Assembly (NCBI GenBank): GCA_043228905.1 | Contig: JBHGNT010000001.1 | Location: 6,200,001-6,264,000, forward strand | Source of the DNA: Azolla caroliniana | Lineage: Eukaryota > Plantae > Polypodiophyta | Direction: 5' to 3' | DNA length: 64,000 bases | Shown here: one piece after another, positions 25,456 through 37,300 of the stretch | Position numbering within the stretch: position 1 is the first letter of the stretch | Layout of the letters: the number at the start of each line of letters is the position of its first letter | Translations under genes and position numbers: made by a program | Notes under the pieces: generated by a model | What the model was told of the DNA's origin: nothing | Databases searched by the model: none | Seen by the model: the letters and a program-made list of their open reading frames with translations, nothing else

Positions 25456-28166
25456 GGCTATGGCGATGGCGATAGCGATGGCGATCAGAGAGAGAGAGAG
25501 AGAGAGAGATAGACCTGGAACCCCTCGAAAATCTGTGTCGCGCTGTATGTATGAAACGCGCTGCAGACCACGAACGCTCCTCCTGTTCTTCTCCTTTCTC
25601 TTTCTTTACTTTCACTCTGGTGGCAAGCCACGAAACCCTAAAACCAAACACTCAAACAACAGGAAGCAAAATGTGTGACTGCTTCCTTCTTCTGCCTGCT
25701 TCCCTCTCTTTACATACATACATACATACATACATATACATACATAGCATACATACTATGACATACATACTGCCCAAGTTCCCAACAACAAGATTTACAA
25801 AAATAAACGTCTTTTGAGTGCTTGAAATTATACATACATACATACATACATACTTGAAATGTATGTACCTTTGTATCTCTATGTATGTTTGCATGTATAT
25901 GTATGTATGTATGTATCTCTATATGTACGTACGTATGTATGTATAGTTAGTAAGTCACTCGAGATGAGACTATCTTATCTCGTTCCTTGCCGTGATATGA
26001 TGACCTTTATATATGCGTCAACAACCCTTTGCAACACTAGTTTCGAAACGACTCAATTTTGCTTGTGCCCATATCAATCGTTGAAGTATCGCATGGAGGA
26101 TCGGCGACTGTTTCTCAACGTGTACTGAGTCTCAATAGACTCTACAACCAAATAGAGTGAATGAATGGGGTTGCACCGTGAGAATTGTGGGTGCTTAGAC
26201 TTTATTATGATATAGACTCTACAGAACATGCAGAAGCCATTAGTTCGATCGAAGTTTCGTTTTGCTTCTTAAGGAATGTTTATTTCTCTTAGCAATGTTT
26301 ACACAGAATCTTGCTTTTGGATCTTGCTTGGTGATCTATTGTTACAATTAACGAAATCTGATTTGGCTAATTGTAGGAGTTGTGAACAAGTAAGCTCTTT
26401 GGTATTTTACCATCTGCCTATCAGCCATTTGAATTTGTAATCTCTTTAGCATGGGATTGATACTAGCTCTGTCGACGCTTTGAAGTATCCATAACAATCA
26501 AAATTTTGGGCAATCAACTCTCACTAACCTATGAAGGTCACTCGTTAATTAGGCATATTTCTCGTCTCTCTTATCTCCTCTTTCCTCATTGGAATGCAAG
26601 CCCTAGTATTTCTTAAGTGTGATTGTCTAATGAGATTTCAGTGCCTCTTGTAGGACTTTGTGTGCCCTCACTACTTGTGCTTGCCGCCCCATAGTCATGT
26701 ACCATGAGTCATCACACTCAAATAAAGGTGAAATGTTCGTACAATAACAAAATTTCAAGAAACTAAAAACAATCATGAAGAAATTATTAGAGAGCGCTAA
26801 AAAGAAACATAATTCAACAAAGTGACCAAAATTTTAGCTAATAGAAAAAGCTAAAATACAAGTAACAAGGATATTCGAGCTAATAGAAAAAGCTACAATA
26901 CAAGCAACAAGGATATTCGCATACAACAAATAAACACTTTTGATATTTTAGGACCAAAGCCCATCTTATGCATTGTAGCTTGTACGAAACTCCATTGTAT
27001 GGTATCACATGTTTTCTCAATATCCAATTGCTCCAAGGAGGCATGGCATGTCTGTAGCCGAATATGTCACAAATTGTGCTCCGAGGCATTGTTGCCAAAA
27101 TAATCACATTTCAAAAGTTTCTCGATTGTTTACAAGTTAATTATCATTCACAATATAAGAAAGTCATAATTAGGCAAGCTAACAAGCCATTTTCATTGTT
27201 TGCTAATGCCATTATGAATTTCATACCAACAGTTTACATTGCTCAAAGAACTGTAATTCATAAATCTCTAAAAATGATTCAAGGCAAACATCACGTTTTT
27301 ATGTGCAATAGAAGCATGAAAATAGCATACATTTGTGACAAAACCAATAGATTTGCAACGAACTAACATATGAACCAAAGGCTCATGGCCTAGGCTCATA
27401 TGCACTAAGATGTGCCCATTCTGCAACCTGAGACACATGACTAAATATCTAATCAAGATGAATGAGATCACACTCAAAGTACTATGAAGCAACACTTCTC
27501 AAAATGTAAGGTTAAGCTATATATTTAAGCATAGTTATTTCGATTACTTCAAAACCCAAAAAGAAAACTTTGATTCAATTTCATTTGCAAAAGCCCTTTT
27601 GACAATGAATATATAGATTGGGACATCCTTAAAATAAATCGATCGATTCATTTAGGTTTCACGCCAATCGCTTATTGGAGTTACTACTGGATGATTCTCT
27701 AGTAGACAAGCCACCCATTGCTCATGGATGGGGAGGGGTACTAGTGAACACATAAGGTTTGAAAGGCTCAAATCTTGAATGAGGAATTGGAATCCATTAC
27801 ACAGGAGTGCCACCCTAAGAGACCCTAATGTAGGTTTTTTGTTTTTTGTTTTGTAAAAAGACAATTGCCAAAGAGGAATGAATCAGCCAAAATGAAATAG
27901 GAATGACGAAGGTGTGTGGCAGCCGCAAATGAGGCCGAGAAAGATCGGATGTTCCAAAAGAACATAAATGGTTTGCCTGCATAATGTGTTACCCCATGTG
28001 AAAAGCCATCGATCAACTTATCGCACACATAAACATTACCAATGTGATGTTTACGAAACATCATCAGGAAAAACAGATATGTGCCCCTTGATATGAACAC
28101 GAGCCGGGGGGCAAGGGGGACAGACCTTCATTCAGGTTCTTTTTTGTGGTTTGTTTTTTTGGGGGA

Positions 28167-30329
28167 CTAGACGGCAGGACACGGGGGAGGCGCATCGGCC
28201 TTCCTTGCCTTATTTCGGAGGCGCTGCCGTTTGCCGGGTTTGAGGGGGGTGGAGCGGCGGCCGATGCGGGCATGGCACGAGGCGATGGCATCGATGACGA
28301 GCTGGTGGGCGGGGGCGAGGCGGCGGGCGAGCTGGAAATCGGTAAGGGCCTCCTCGAGGCGGCCGAGGCCGAAGAGGGCACGCCCCCTACGGAACAACGC
28401 CTTCACCAGTGCCCGAACAGTGGGCGGGGGCGGGGCGGCCGAATCGGTGGGCGGGGTGGCCACCATGGCCTCTACCTGTGAGGCCATGCCCTCTGCCGGG
28501 CATGGCCCGAGCAGGGCTAAGAGAGCTGCCTCTGCATCTTCCAATGCCTTCACATTCTTCCCAAGACATAGCCACACCTCTGCCCTGTTGGACAAGCTCA
28601 TCACCTCATCTTCCTTCTCCCCCGCCCTTCCCGACGATGCCTGCGCCGCCCTCTTGTACATCTCCGCCGCCAGCAGATACTCCCCTCTCTTGAACAGGAA
28701 ATTCCCTTTCATCCTTAAGCTACACCCACTCTCTCTTACCTTCTCATCATCATCATCATCCCCACCAGTCTCCTCTTGTTCATCACTTCCTTCCTCTGTT
28801 TTCTCTGCAACTACTCTGCCATTCTGCACTTCCTCTGTTTTCTCCACTTCTAGGTTATCATGCCTTTTCTCTGTAGTTCCGATCCCTGCTGTATCATTCT
28901 GCATTTCCTCTGTTTCTACTGCCATGCCTGCCCTCACATTTGGTTCCTCCTCTGCCTTCAATCCTCCGGCTTCTTCTGCATCTTCTACCATCTCATCCTC
29001 ATCTAGCACAACTGCCACACAGCTTAGATCGCTTCTTGACATCTCCTCTGAATCCACCATAACCCCCAATTGTGATGCATCTCCATCCTCATCTAGCACA
29101 ACAGCCACACAGCTTAGATCGCTTCTTGACATCTCCTCCTCTGTTTCCACCATAGCCCCAAATTGCGATGCATTTCCATGCTTCAATTCCTCCTCTGTTC
29201 TGCCATCACTATCCAATACATCCACATAGCTTAGCTCGCTTTTCGCGTCTTCTTCTTCTTCTTCATCATCACCATCACCATTATTGCCACTGTCTTCTTC
29301 TCTGTCTTTGTGGCCTCGTCGCCCCCGTTCCACCATATCCAACTTCACATGGACATAGCTCGATTCGCTGTTCGCATCTTCTTCCTCATCTGGCCCTAGG
29401 AACTCTAGGGAACTCATAGCTTTTCCTTCTTCTTCTTCTTCTTCCTGTTCTTCTTCCTGTTCTTTCTGGAACCCTGATCTGCTGCTTTTACAGGCTTTCT
29501 CTGTCGTTCCTTCCACGGTGTCATCATCACTACCGATCGAGCTCACCTCGCTTTTCGCCTCATCCTCAACCCCACCTTTTCCCCCTCCTCCTTTTTCATC
29601 TTCGCCAATCAGCAGCCATGTATTATTATCCACAAATTTCCTCGCATTCCCATCTTTCTCCTCGCGTAACAGACAATTCACCGCCATCGCTCGATCCCTT
29701 TTACAGCAATTCTTCTTCTTCTTCTCCCCATGGTGCGCACACAGACCGCCATCATTCCTGCTGCCATTCCCATGCTCAGGGACCCACAGGAAAACCAGAT
29801 CGGTCGTCTTCTCCACCATCAACACCACCTCACCGTCTGCCAAGATCGTAAGGTATGGGTTCTTCACGCCGACTCTGCATCCATGCGGGAACAGCCTCTG
29901 GGCTTGAGCTGACCCACCGTTACCTTCCATGGCGTTGCGCAAATGTATGGAGACGGCGTGGCCGTGATCGTCCTCCAGCAAATTGATGAGGACACGGCCA
30001 TAGCCGGCGGTCTTCCTGCACAGCGTCTGCACGCAGAGGGTGCCGTAGACGACACATTGGCGATGGAGCTTGCCGAGCTTGAGTTGCTTCAGAGCGATGG
30101 GTTTGTGACCGCCGAGGCTGGAGGTTGGGCTGGATGGCTTAATGGAGACCTCGTTCACAGGGTGGGTGGCCATCTCCATGATGTAGGAGTCCCTGAGGGC
30201 CGCCATGTGCGCCGAGATGAGCACGCTCTTGTCGAAGCTCTGTGATGCCCTCACCCTCTCTTCTGCCGTCGGTATGTGGTGCAGAGGCGGCACGTGCGGA
30301 ATCGATTGATAGGCATTGAGTTTTGTCAT
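28167..30329 (-). CDS. 720-aa single-exon protein: N-terminal beta-rich domain of the fungal-type TPR/SET family, long acidic linker, 3 TPR motifs
   Basis: Open 2163-nt frame. TPRs LRMKGNFLFKRGEYLLAAEMYKRA / LSNRAEVWLCLGKNVKALEDAEAAL / VKALFRRGRALFGLGRLEEALTDFQLARRLAP. N-domain LLEDDHGHAVSIHLRN...FPHGCRVGVKNPY...DGEVVLMVEKTTDLVFL. Candidate 5'UTR intron acceptor at 30388. Confidence 0.8.
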   Translation of the reverse strand: MTKLNAYQSIPHVPPLHHIPTAEERVRASQSFDKSVLISAHMAALRDSYIMEMATHPVNEVSIKPSSPTSSLGGHKPIALKQLKLGKLHRQCVVYGTLCVQTLCRKTAGYGRVLINLLEDDHGHAVSIHLRNAMEGNGGSAQAQRLFPHGCRVGVKNPYLTILADGEVVLMVEKTTDLVFLWVPEHGNGSRNDGGLCAHHGEKKKKNCCKRDRAMAVNCLLREEKDGNARKFVDNNTWLLIGEDEKGGGGKGGVEDEAKSEVSSIGSDDDTVEGTTEKACKSSRSGFQKEQEEEQEEEEEEGKAMSSLEFLGPDEEEDANSESSYVHVKLDMVERGRRGHKDREEDSGNNGDGDDEEEEEDAKSELSYVDVLDSDGRTEEELKHGNASQFGAMVETEEEMSRSDLSCVAVVLDEDGDASQLGVMVDSEEMSRSDLSCVAVVLDEDEMVEDAEEAGGLKAEEEPNVRAGMAVETEEMQNDTAGIGTTEKRHDNLEVEKTEEVQNGRVVAEKTEEGSDEQEETGGDDDDDEKVRESGCSLRMKGNFLFKRGEYLLAAEMYKRAAQASSGRAGEKEDEVMSLSNRAEVWLCLGKNVKALEDAEAALLALLGPCPAEGMASQVEAMVATPPTDSAAPPPPTVRALVKALFRRGRALFGLGRLEEALTDFQLARRLAPAHQLVIDAIASCHARIGRRSTPLKPGKRQRLRNKARKADAPPPCPAV
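28993..29139 (-). repeat. 90-bp-period coding duplication (EEMSRSDLSCVAVVLDED x2)
   Basis: catcctcatctagcacaac.gccacacagcttagatcgcttcttgacatctcctc at ~28995 and ~29085. Confidence 0.9.
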
Positions 30330-30830
30330 GATCTTTGGCGATGGACAACGATTTCACAGACACACACAAATTCCTCCTCCTTCTTCTCTGCAATACACAG
30401 AATCAGAAAAAAGCGGACAGTTTGAGAAAACAATATATATATATATATATATATATGGATTCGATTGTATATGTATAAATTTCCTTCTGTGGTGTTTTGT
30501 TGTGTTTTTAGTTCAAATCTCAGTCCTTTCTTTTTCTTTTTGTATATCTTCGTCATTCAAATGATGGAGCCCTTAGAAATGAATGCAACTAAATAGGCCA
30601 ATGAATCAATGGCGAATCGAGAGGTAACGAAGACCAGGGGAAGGCTTGATTTTGTGCACATCACAATACAAAGGATCAGTCAGTAACCATAACCATAACC
30701 ATAACCATAACCATAACCATAACATTACATTGCATTACATGTGGAAAAATATATTGGCGATGATGATGATGACGACGACGACGACGTGTTGTAATTAAAT
30801 CTGCAGAGCTTGATTTGTCATAAAACACAA

Positions 30831-30871
<41 letters not shown>

Positions 30872-31145
30872 AGGGACTGAAGAGGCGAGATCAAATGCAA
30901 TCTGTAATCACCTAAAAAGAGTGAAGAATGATAATGAAGCAGAAGCAGAAGCAGAAGCAGAAGAAGAGGAGGAAGAGCAGGAGGAGTTGGGGAAATGGCT
31001 GCATTTAACAAGAAACGCTCATTCTTTTTCTAATTTTCTCATGTGCTTTTTTGTTTTTATTTGCAGATCTTAATACTACCCTGTACATATTTGTATGAAG
31101 AAGCAAGAAGATTTCAAATATAATTGATGGTGGAGATGGTGATGT

Positions 31146-31198
<53 letters not shown>

Positions 31199-31905
31199 GT
31201 AATGGCCATCTCTATCTCTCTCTCTCTCTCTCTCATCAGAATCCGTTACAATGTCCCACAATTTTGAATGCCCATCATGTGGCCATCCATCCATCCATCC
31301 ATCCATCCATGGGCATCCATGCATGCATGCATTACAATTTACATATATGATATGATATACATAACATTCATTCACCATCCACATACATCATCCTTAAGTG
31401 TCCTCTTCACACAGTGCCCCTATCTATATCTCTCACTCACATTATGAGCACTTCCTTGTAGTAGGCCCAACCTTCAACTCTCTCTTCTCAAGTCCATAAT
31501 ACCAAATGTCCACATTACATGCATTCTACTCTCTCTCATCCTCTCTCTCACCTCTCCATCAACACAATTGCCATCATTCATCATTGTCAGCCTTGTCGTC
31601 GTCGTTCGCGCCTAGACGTTTTCCCAACATCATTAAGTCCTAGTTAGCACTGCGAGGTTTTGCATGGAACACCCCCTACCTAATAAGTGTGGGTGACATT
31701 GGGTGTGGTTGAGGGTCAAGGGGACCAAGCAGTCTAAAGTTTTTTTTATGGATCAAATATGGATGCTTAACATATGATGCCCCTCTCAACAGAAACAATC
31801 TGAATTTGCACTTGGCCTTAACCTAAGTTTGCTTTTGTGCACTCTTGTGATTTCGATTCAATCCTACTTAACCAAGTTCGTAAAGCCTTTCTTGCAAATC
31901 TCCTA

Positions 31906-32130
31906 ATGTTGAGCATTGTTAGGAACCAAGCAGGGGATGGTATTGCTTTCCCACTGAGTACTACCGCCACAATAGGGATGGTATGATTGTATCAGAACCC
32001 TATATGTTGAGCATTGTTAGGAACCATCAGGGGATGGTATTGCTTTCCCACATGGTACTGCCACCACAACATGGATGGTGCGAGAACATTGCAGAGCTCA
32101 CAATGTTGAACACTTTGTAGAAATATTAGG
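31906..32130. repeat. ~99-bp tandem repeat, about 2.3 copies
   Basis: tgttgagcattgttaggaacca..caggggatggtattgctttcccac is repeated. Confidence 0.85.
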
Positions 32131-34210
32131 AATGTGTGCTATTTCATTATGTGAGACGAGTGTCATAGCTACACATCTCTCCACACCATTGCGATTCATG
32201 TTGGAAGTGGGCACTCTCACAATTCAATTTTTGACATCATCAAAACAATCGTAAAACTAACCACTTAACTAATAATAGAAATAATCCTTACTCATATCCA
32301 TGATCGATATTCTATATTTTCTTCAACGTCTTGAGGTTGGGAAGGGTAATAAACTTGATTATATTCATAGAAAGGATATTGTTTTCACATCAAGCTTTTG
32401 ATTTAGTCTAATGTGGGGGCTACGAACATGTTAGTGAAAAGCAAATATTATATGCCAATCACAAGCCTATTTTGTGCTCTAGGAAATTTCTCCAATATGA
32501 CGGGGACAAGAAAGTGTACAATGTGTCTCTAAGTCATGTGCAAATGATTCATATAACATGATTGTATCATTGGAACTTTGACATATCTATCTTGTGTTTC
32601 AAACTATGTTGGAAATCAAAACCTTAAATGACATTGTTTTTTGTAAATATTGGCCAAATTCCTAATTGGAACTAAAATATCATAATGTTAGAAGACACAA
32701 GAACATGGCAACGTCTAATATGAATGCATTGCCTTTATATATGTCAATTAAACATTAAGATAACAAATCAAACCGTAAAATAATGAGTCAAATTCAAAAC
32801 AATGCAATGCCACTTATCTCCTCAAAGGATAAGATTATGAATTCACTTTCCGCAACAAATGGGTTGACAAGGCTAGCATTGCCTTTCTTAAGGCAATAGG
32901 CTGCCATAAAGATATCGAATAAAAAGTCCATGGATGAGACAAAACTTGTTTTTGTTATGAAATGTCAACCTTCATCGTGGGGATGTATAATCCATGCATG
33001 ATATCATTTTTTTAGGAAATATGACGAGGCTATTCTCGTTATAACGAACATCCACCCTATTTTGGGGATCAAAATATATGCATAATATTATTATCATTAG
33101 TGTAACAACGGGGATCCTTCATTGGCCTTACTAGGTCACTGTTATGATGCCGATTCACAATTGTTTTATTTTGTAGTGAGGCATATGATTATTTTGTGTG
33201 TTTCCTAGCCAATGCATATCGGAATTTAGGCAAGCACAATTGCTTCATGTCGAGGGTTGAGAGAGGAGAATTTACATGTTTGTGCACAAACCTCAAAAGG
33301 TACCTTGCAAATCAGCAGAAAACAAGTGGTTTAAGTAAGCATAGAGTTAGTTGAAGTATTTTATGTGGTTGAAGCAAGTATAGAGTTAGTTGATTGACAT
33401 GAATGCTAAGAGCATAAATACTATGACAAACACAATTTGCAAAGGCAAAACAAAGCTATTGACAATGCGAGCATTCTTAACTTTTGTTATCTTCTTTTAT
33501 TTCCTTTAATTTCTTTTACCAAAACTTGTGACCTGCAATTTCTGTCAAGCCCTCACCCTTGACTACACATGATCATCCATGTACTAACAATCCTTGTGCT
33601 TGTTTGCATTGATATAATGGTGAACCAAGATTTCCTTTATTCATGAAGCTTTGGCGCAGCCTCTCACTTTATCTTTTTCTAGTTCTCTCACTAGTATTAA
33701 TATAATTATCACTTCCAAAATTACAAGAATTACGTTTGGACCTAGCCCATTTCTTTTTTTACCACTTCAACAAGCAGATATTTGAAGAGACTCTGGCGTT
33801 CATTCATCATGGGAGGATAATAATCTCTTGCTACACTCTACAAAATATTACAATCATATCGAGATGGCAATGTTCATATTACATAGCATATAGTCCCTCA
33901 TGGAAGAATAAACTTATTAGGCATTACCTTGTACTCCTTTGTTTGGATGTTTGCCCTATGCCAACTATATGATGGGCCTCATTTCCTTTCAATAATCAAA
34001 CTACCAATCATTGTCTTTCTTTAGGGGTTTAGAACCCATCATGTACATTCACATTTCCCCCACATAAAGCAATATTAATGGGATATTGCCTCATCATTGT
34101 ATCCGCCAACAGAATACCACTTGCACAAGATGTATTGAACTATACGAATTATAAATATAATGGAGTTTTTGAGTTATTATTCTTGGATCACGTTAACTTC
34201 CATTGGGAGA

Positions 34211-34346
34211 CTTTGTGGCCATATGAATCACATGTATTTGACTAGTAGAATCCCCGGTTGCCCAAACTCAAACTTTTGCTTTGTGACCATATGAATCACA
34301 TGTATTTGACTAGTAGAATCCCCAATTGCCCAAACTCAAACTTTTT
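34211..34346. repeat. ~68-bp tandem duplication
   Basis: ctttgtg.ccatatgaatcacatgtatttgactagtagaatccc..ttgcccaaactcaaactttt occurs twice. Confidence 0.9.
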
Positions 34347-37300
34347 GTTCGAAAACATTAGATGTAAATCCTCTAGCATTTTTGCCACTTTTTCAAAATC
34401 TAAAAAACTCCTACATTGATTTCAATCAACTATCTCTTTTCTTTTTTTCTTTTAGGAAACTTTTAATAGAAATGTTGTTCACAAAAGGAATGATAATGGT
34501 TAGAATGCAATCGCTTAGCAATTACCACTCTATTATTGTGTTCATGTGAGCTATATAATTAATAGCAGCACATGGTAAAGTGCACATCTTGACTACCTCA
34601 TTCACATTCTCGTGTATTGATATCTTCTTTTGCGATTTTGTTGACACTTGACCCAAATCTCTTAGTTTTGAGTCATCATTTCATTAACTGGCTAGAGATT
34701 TTGGATGAACTGCAAAGAACCATTCTTCTTGGGTACAATGAGCAACTTACCGAAGCATGAAACCTTTGATGACTTCAACCTACCCACACAAACATTTTCC
34801 TTAAATGCTCAATGAGCTTACTTAGATCTACCAGGGGAACCCAAATGAGGTTTGGTTCCATTGTACACAAGGTTCAATAAAGGATATATTGAGAGACCTA
34901 GTTTCAGACAAAGAGAATGCAAATGCCTTCCCTTGGTTCTCCAACACTTACCTAAATCTCTTTTCCTCTTCAAGCAAAAGTAAGCACCCCACCAATTCAA
35001 ACTTGAACATTTCATTAGGAAGTTATGTCATATACCTCTTGGATTTTGTAGACTCGAATCACTCTCCTTTTCTTACATTTGGCACCAACTATTGTTAATT
35101 CGTAGCCTTTCACAATGCTAATTCAAGTAGTCAAGCACTATGTTTTTCTTCTTATTAAAGCCTTTTATTTGACATGCCCATTGGTAGAAATACTAGATTA
35201 TTATTATTATCACTCTTATACATTTATGGGTCTTTGATTTTCCCGGACTATTTAAGCCCTTTTTCTCATTTTCACACATGATTTTGGTGAACAATGATGA
35301 ACAAGTTTCGCACCATCTTGGCTCATAACCTTTGAATAGGTGGTTCAACTATCAAGGTAAAATGTAAAATGTAAAATGTTCGCAAAACACTATGTTTGAC
35401 TTGAAATCAAATTGGGGAAGTGTTATAGAAAACATGGGGAAGAAAGTGGCATGAGTGGACAATATACACTCATAGAACCCATGCCCCCAAGGTCACATGC
35501 ACCATCTTTCAAGGACAAATATATGCAATGGACATGTGAACCTATTGTGACAACTTTGTTAAGGGGACAATCGGGGGAATGAATGTTAGTGTGTGTGTGT
35601 TTTATTTATAATGGATTTGAAAAATAAAGTTAAGCTTAAATAATATTAGTTCATGTAACCTACTCCATATTTTTGGTGGACCTCATAGATTATAGGTTTT
35701 CGTCATTGCAATTTCTCTAGGCACAAACTATCAATCGGATATGGTCCTTAATCAAAGGCTCAATGTGATATTCTATTTATGTCTATTAACTGTTTTTATG
35801 AGTATTAATGCTATCATGCTTCAAATAATTTAATAGGCATTCGGGCATGTGACTTCCACGGAGTTCATGAGGGCTGATTGTGCATAACATTTATATAATA
35901 TGATGACTTTACCTTCAAAGTTTGAATGTGCCCATTGATTTTTTGTTACTAGCATTTTGGATTTCGTGCACCCACCTACCCACATGTCTCGCTGCGGCTT
36001 TACCATCAAGTTTGAGCTTCGATTTACTTAATCTACGAATTTAGAATCAAAGTCTAACGTGCTGTTTAATTGTGATGTGTTTTTATAGACCCTAAAACCC
36101 TCATGAGATTTTGTCTAAACCCTTGCAAAGCCCTCATGATATTATTTAGAAACCATAGTCTATCATGTTGTGTAATTGTGATACATTTTCATAAAGCCTA
36201 ATGCCCATGTGATATTTTCAAACCCTTGCAAAATTTGGTCTAAAAAATTGGCCTCTCAAATGAGTTCCAAGGGTGGGCTTGTATGGTTACTTATGGTTCC
36301 AAGATACATCAATACTTGAGACCATTAATCTCATAATCTTCCAAATTCACAAACTACACACACATGCGGGATCCCCTTTGGAAACTTCTTCGAGAAGAAT
36401 GAAGGAGCGGAAGTTGAGAAAGAGCTTGCTCCTCTAGAGTAACTGAACGTGTGTGTGAATGTGTTTCGATTCACATTTTGTTGATTTAGTTGCTTGTATC
36501 GTTTCTGAGCAAGGTGCTATATCTGTTCTTCTTTTCAATTAAAACACACACGATGAAACTTGCGACTATTTAATGTGCTTACATACTAAAGAAACTTTGA
36601 AAAAAAGAGGGGAGAGTTCAACACTGAGGAATACGGACTTTTCAAATCTACCATGAGTAGTCTTAAATTTTAATCACGACATAATAGCAAATTTGACAAG
36701 GAATAAAATATATAAAATGTCCCTAAAATATTTAGTTCTTGAGGCTTAAATTCAATAGGAAATAAGTACACATGGTCTTGTTTTGCCACATATGAACATG
36801 AACTAATGCCCATTGAGAAAACCAGTAAATTCGGCGTTCCTTTTTTGCATGTACTGATTCCTATCATTTAGGGATTTTTTGTTCAAAATATTTAATTGCG
36901 AAGAATGACATCACATTAACATAGGTTAAGAGTATTCACGCTAGAGAAGCTTGGAAATGTTTAGAAGTTCTTCATTTGTTTTTATATATCTATATCTATA
37001 TATTACACTCCAACAAGTTCCTCAAGGAATCGATGTTGAAATAAATTTTGAACATTGGAATGAGTAGGTCAAATGTGTGTTCCGTTTATGCGCACTTTGG
37101 TGTCGAAATCTTTCCAACTAATACATTTCAAGTCTATGATATGGGAATCACGATTTTTTAAAATCTTAAACATTTCATATCCCATCAATCTGCGGTGATT
37201 AAAATCTAGTGAGTGTGATTGGGTAAGTATACACAAGGATAACTCGAGTACATATATTCAAGAGGTTACCAATTCGTGATAAACAATGCATGGCTTAACA

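Noticed and set aside
28231-29229. 332-aa plus-strand Ser-rich ORF (and similar ORFs opposite SmB)
   Set aside because: Antisense shadow of a GC-rich or Glu-rich coding strand; no independent motifs.
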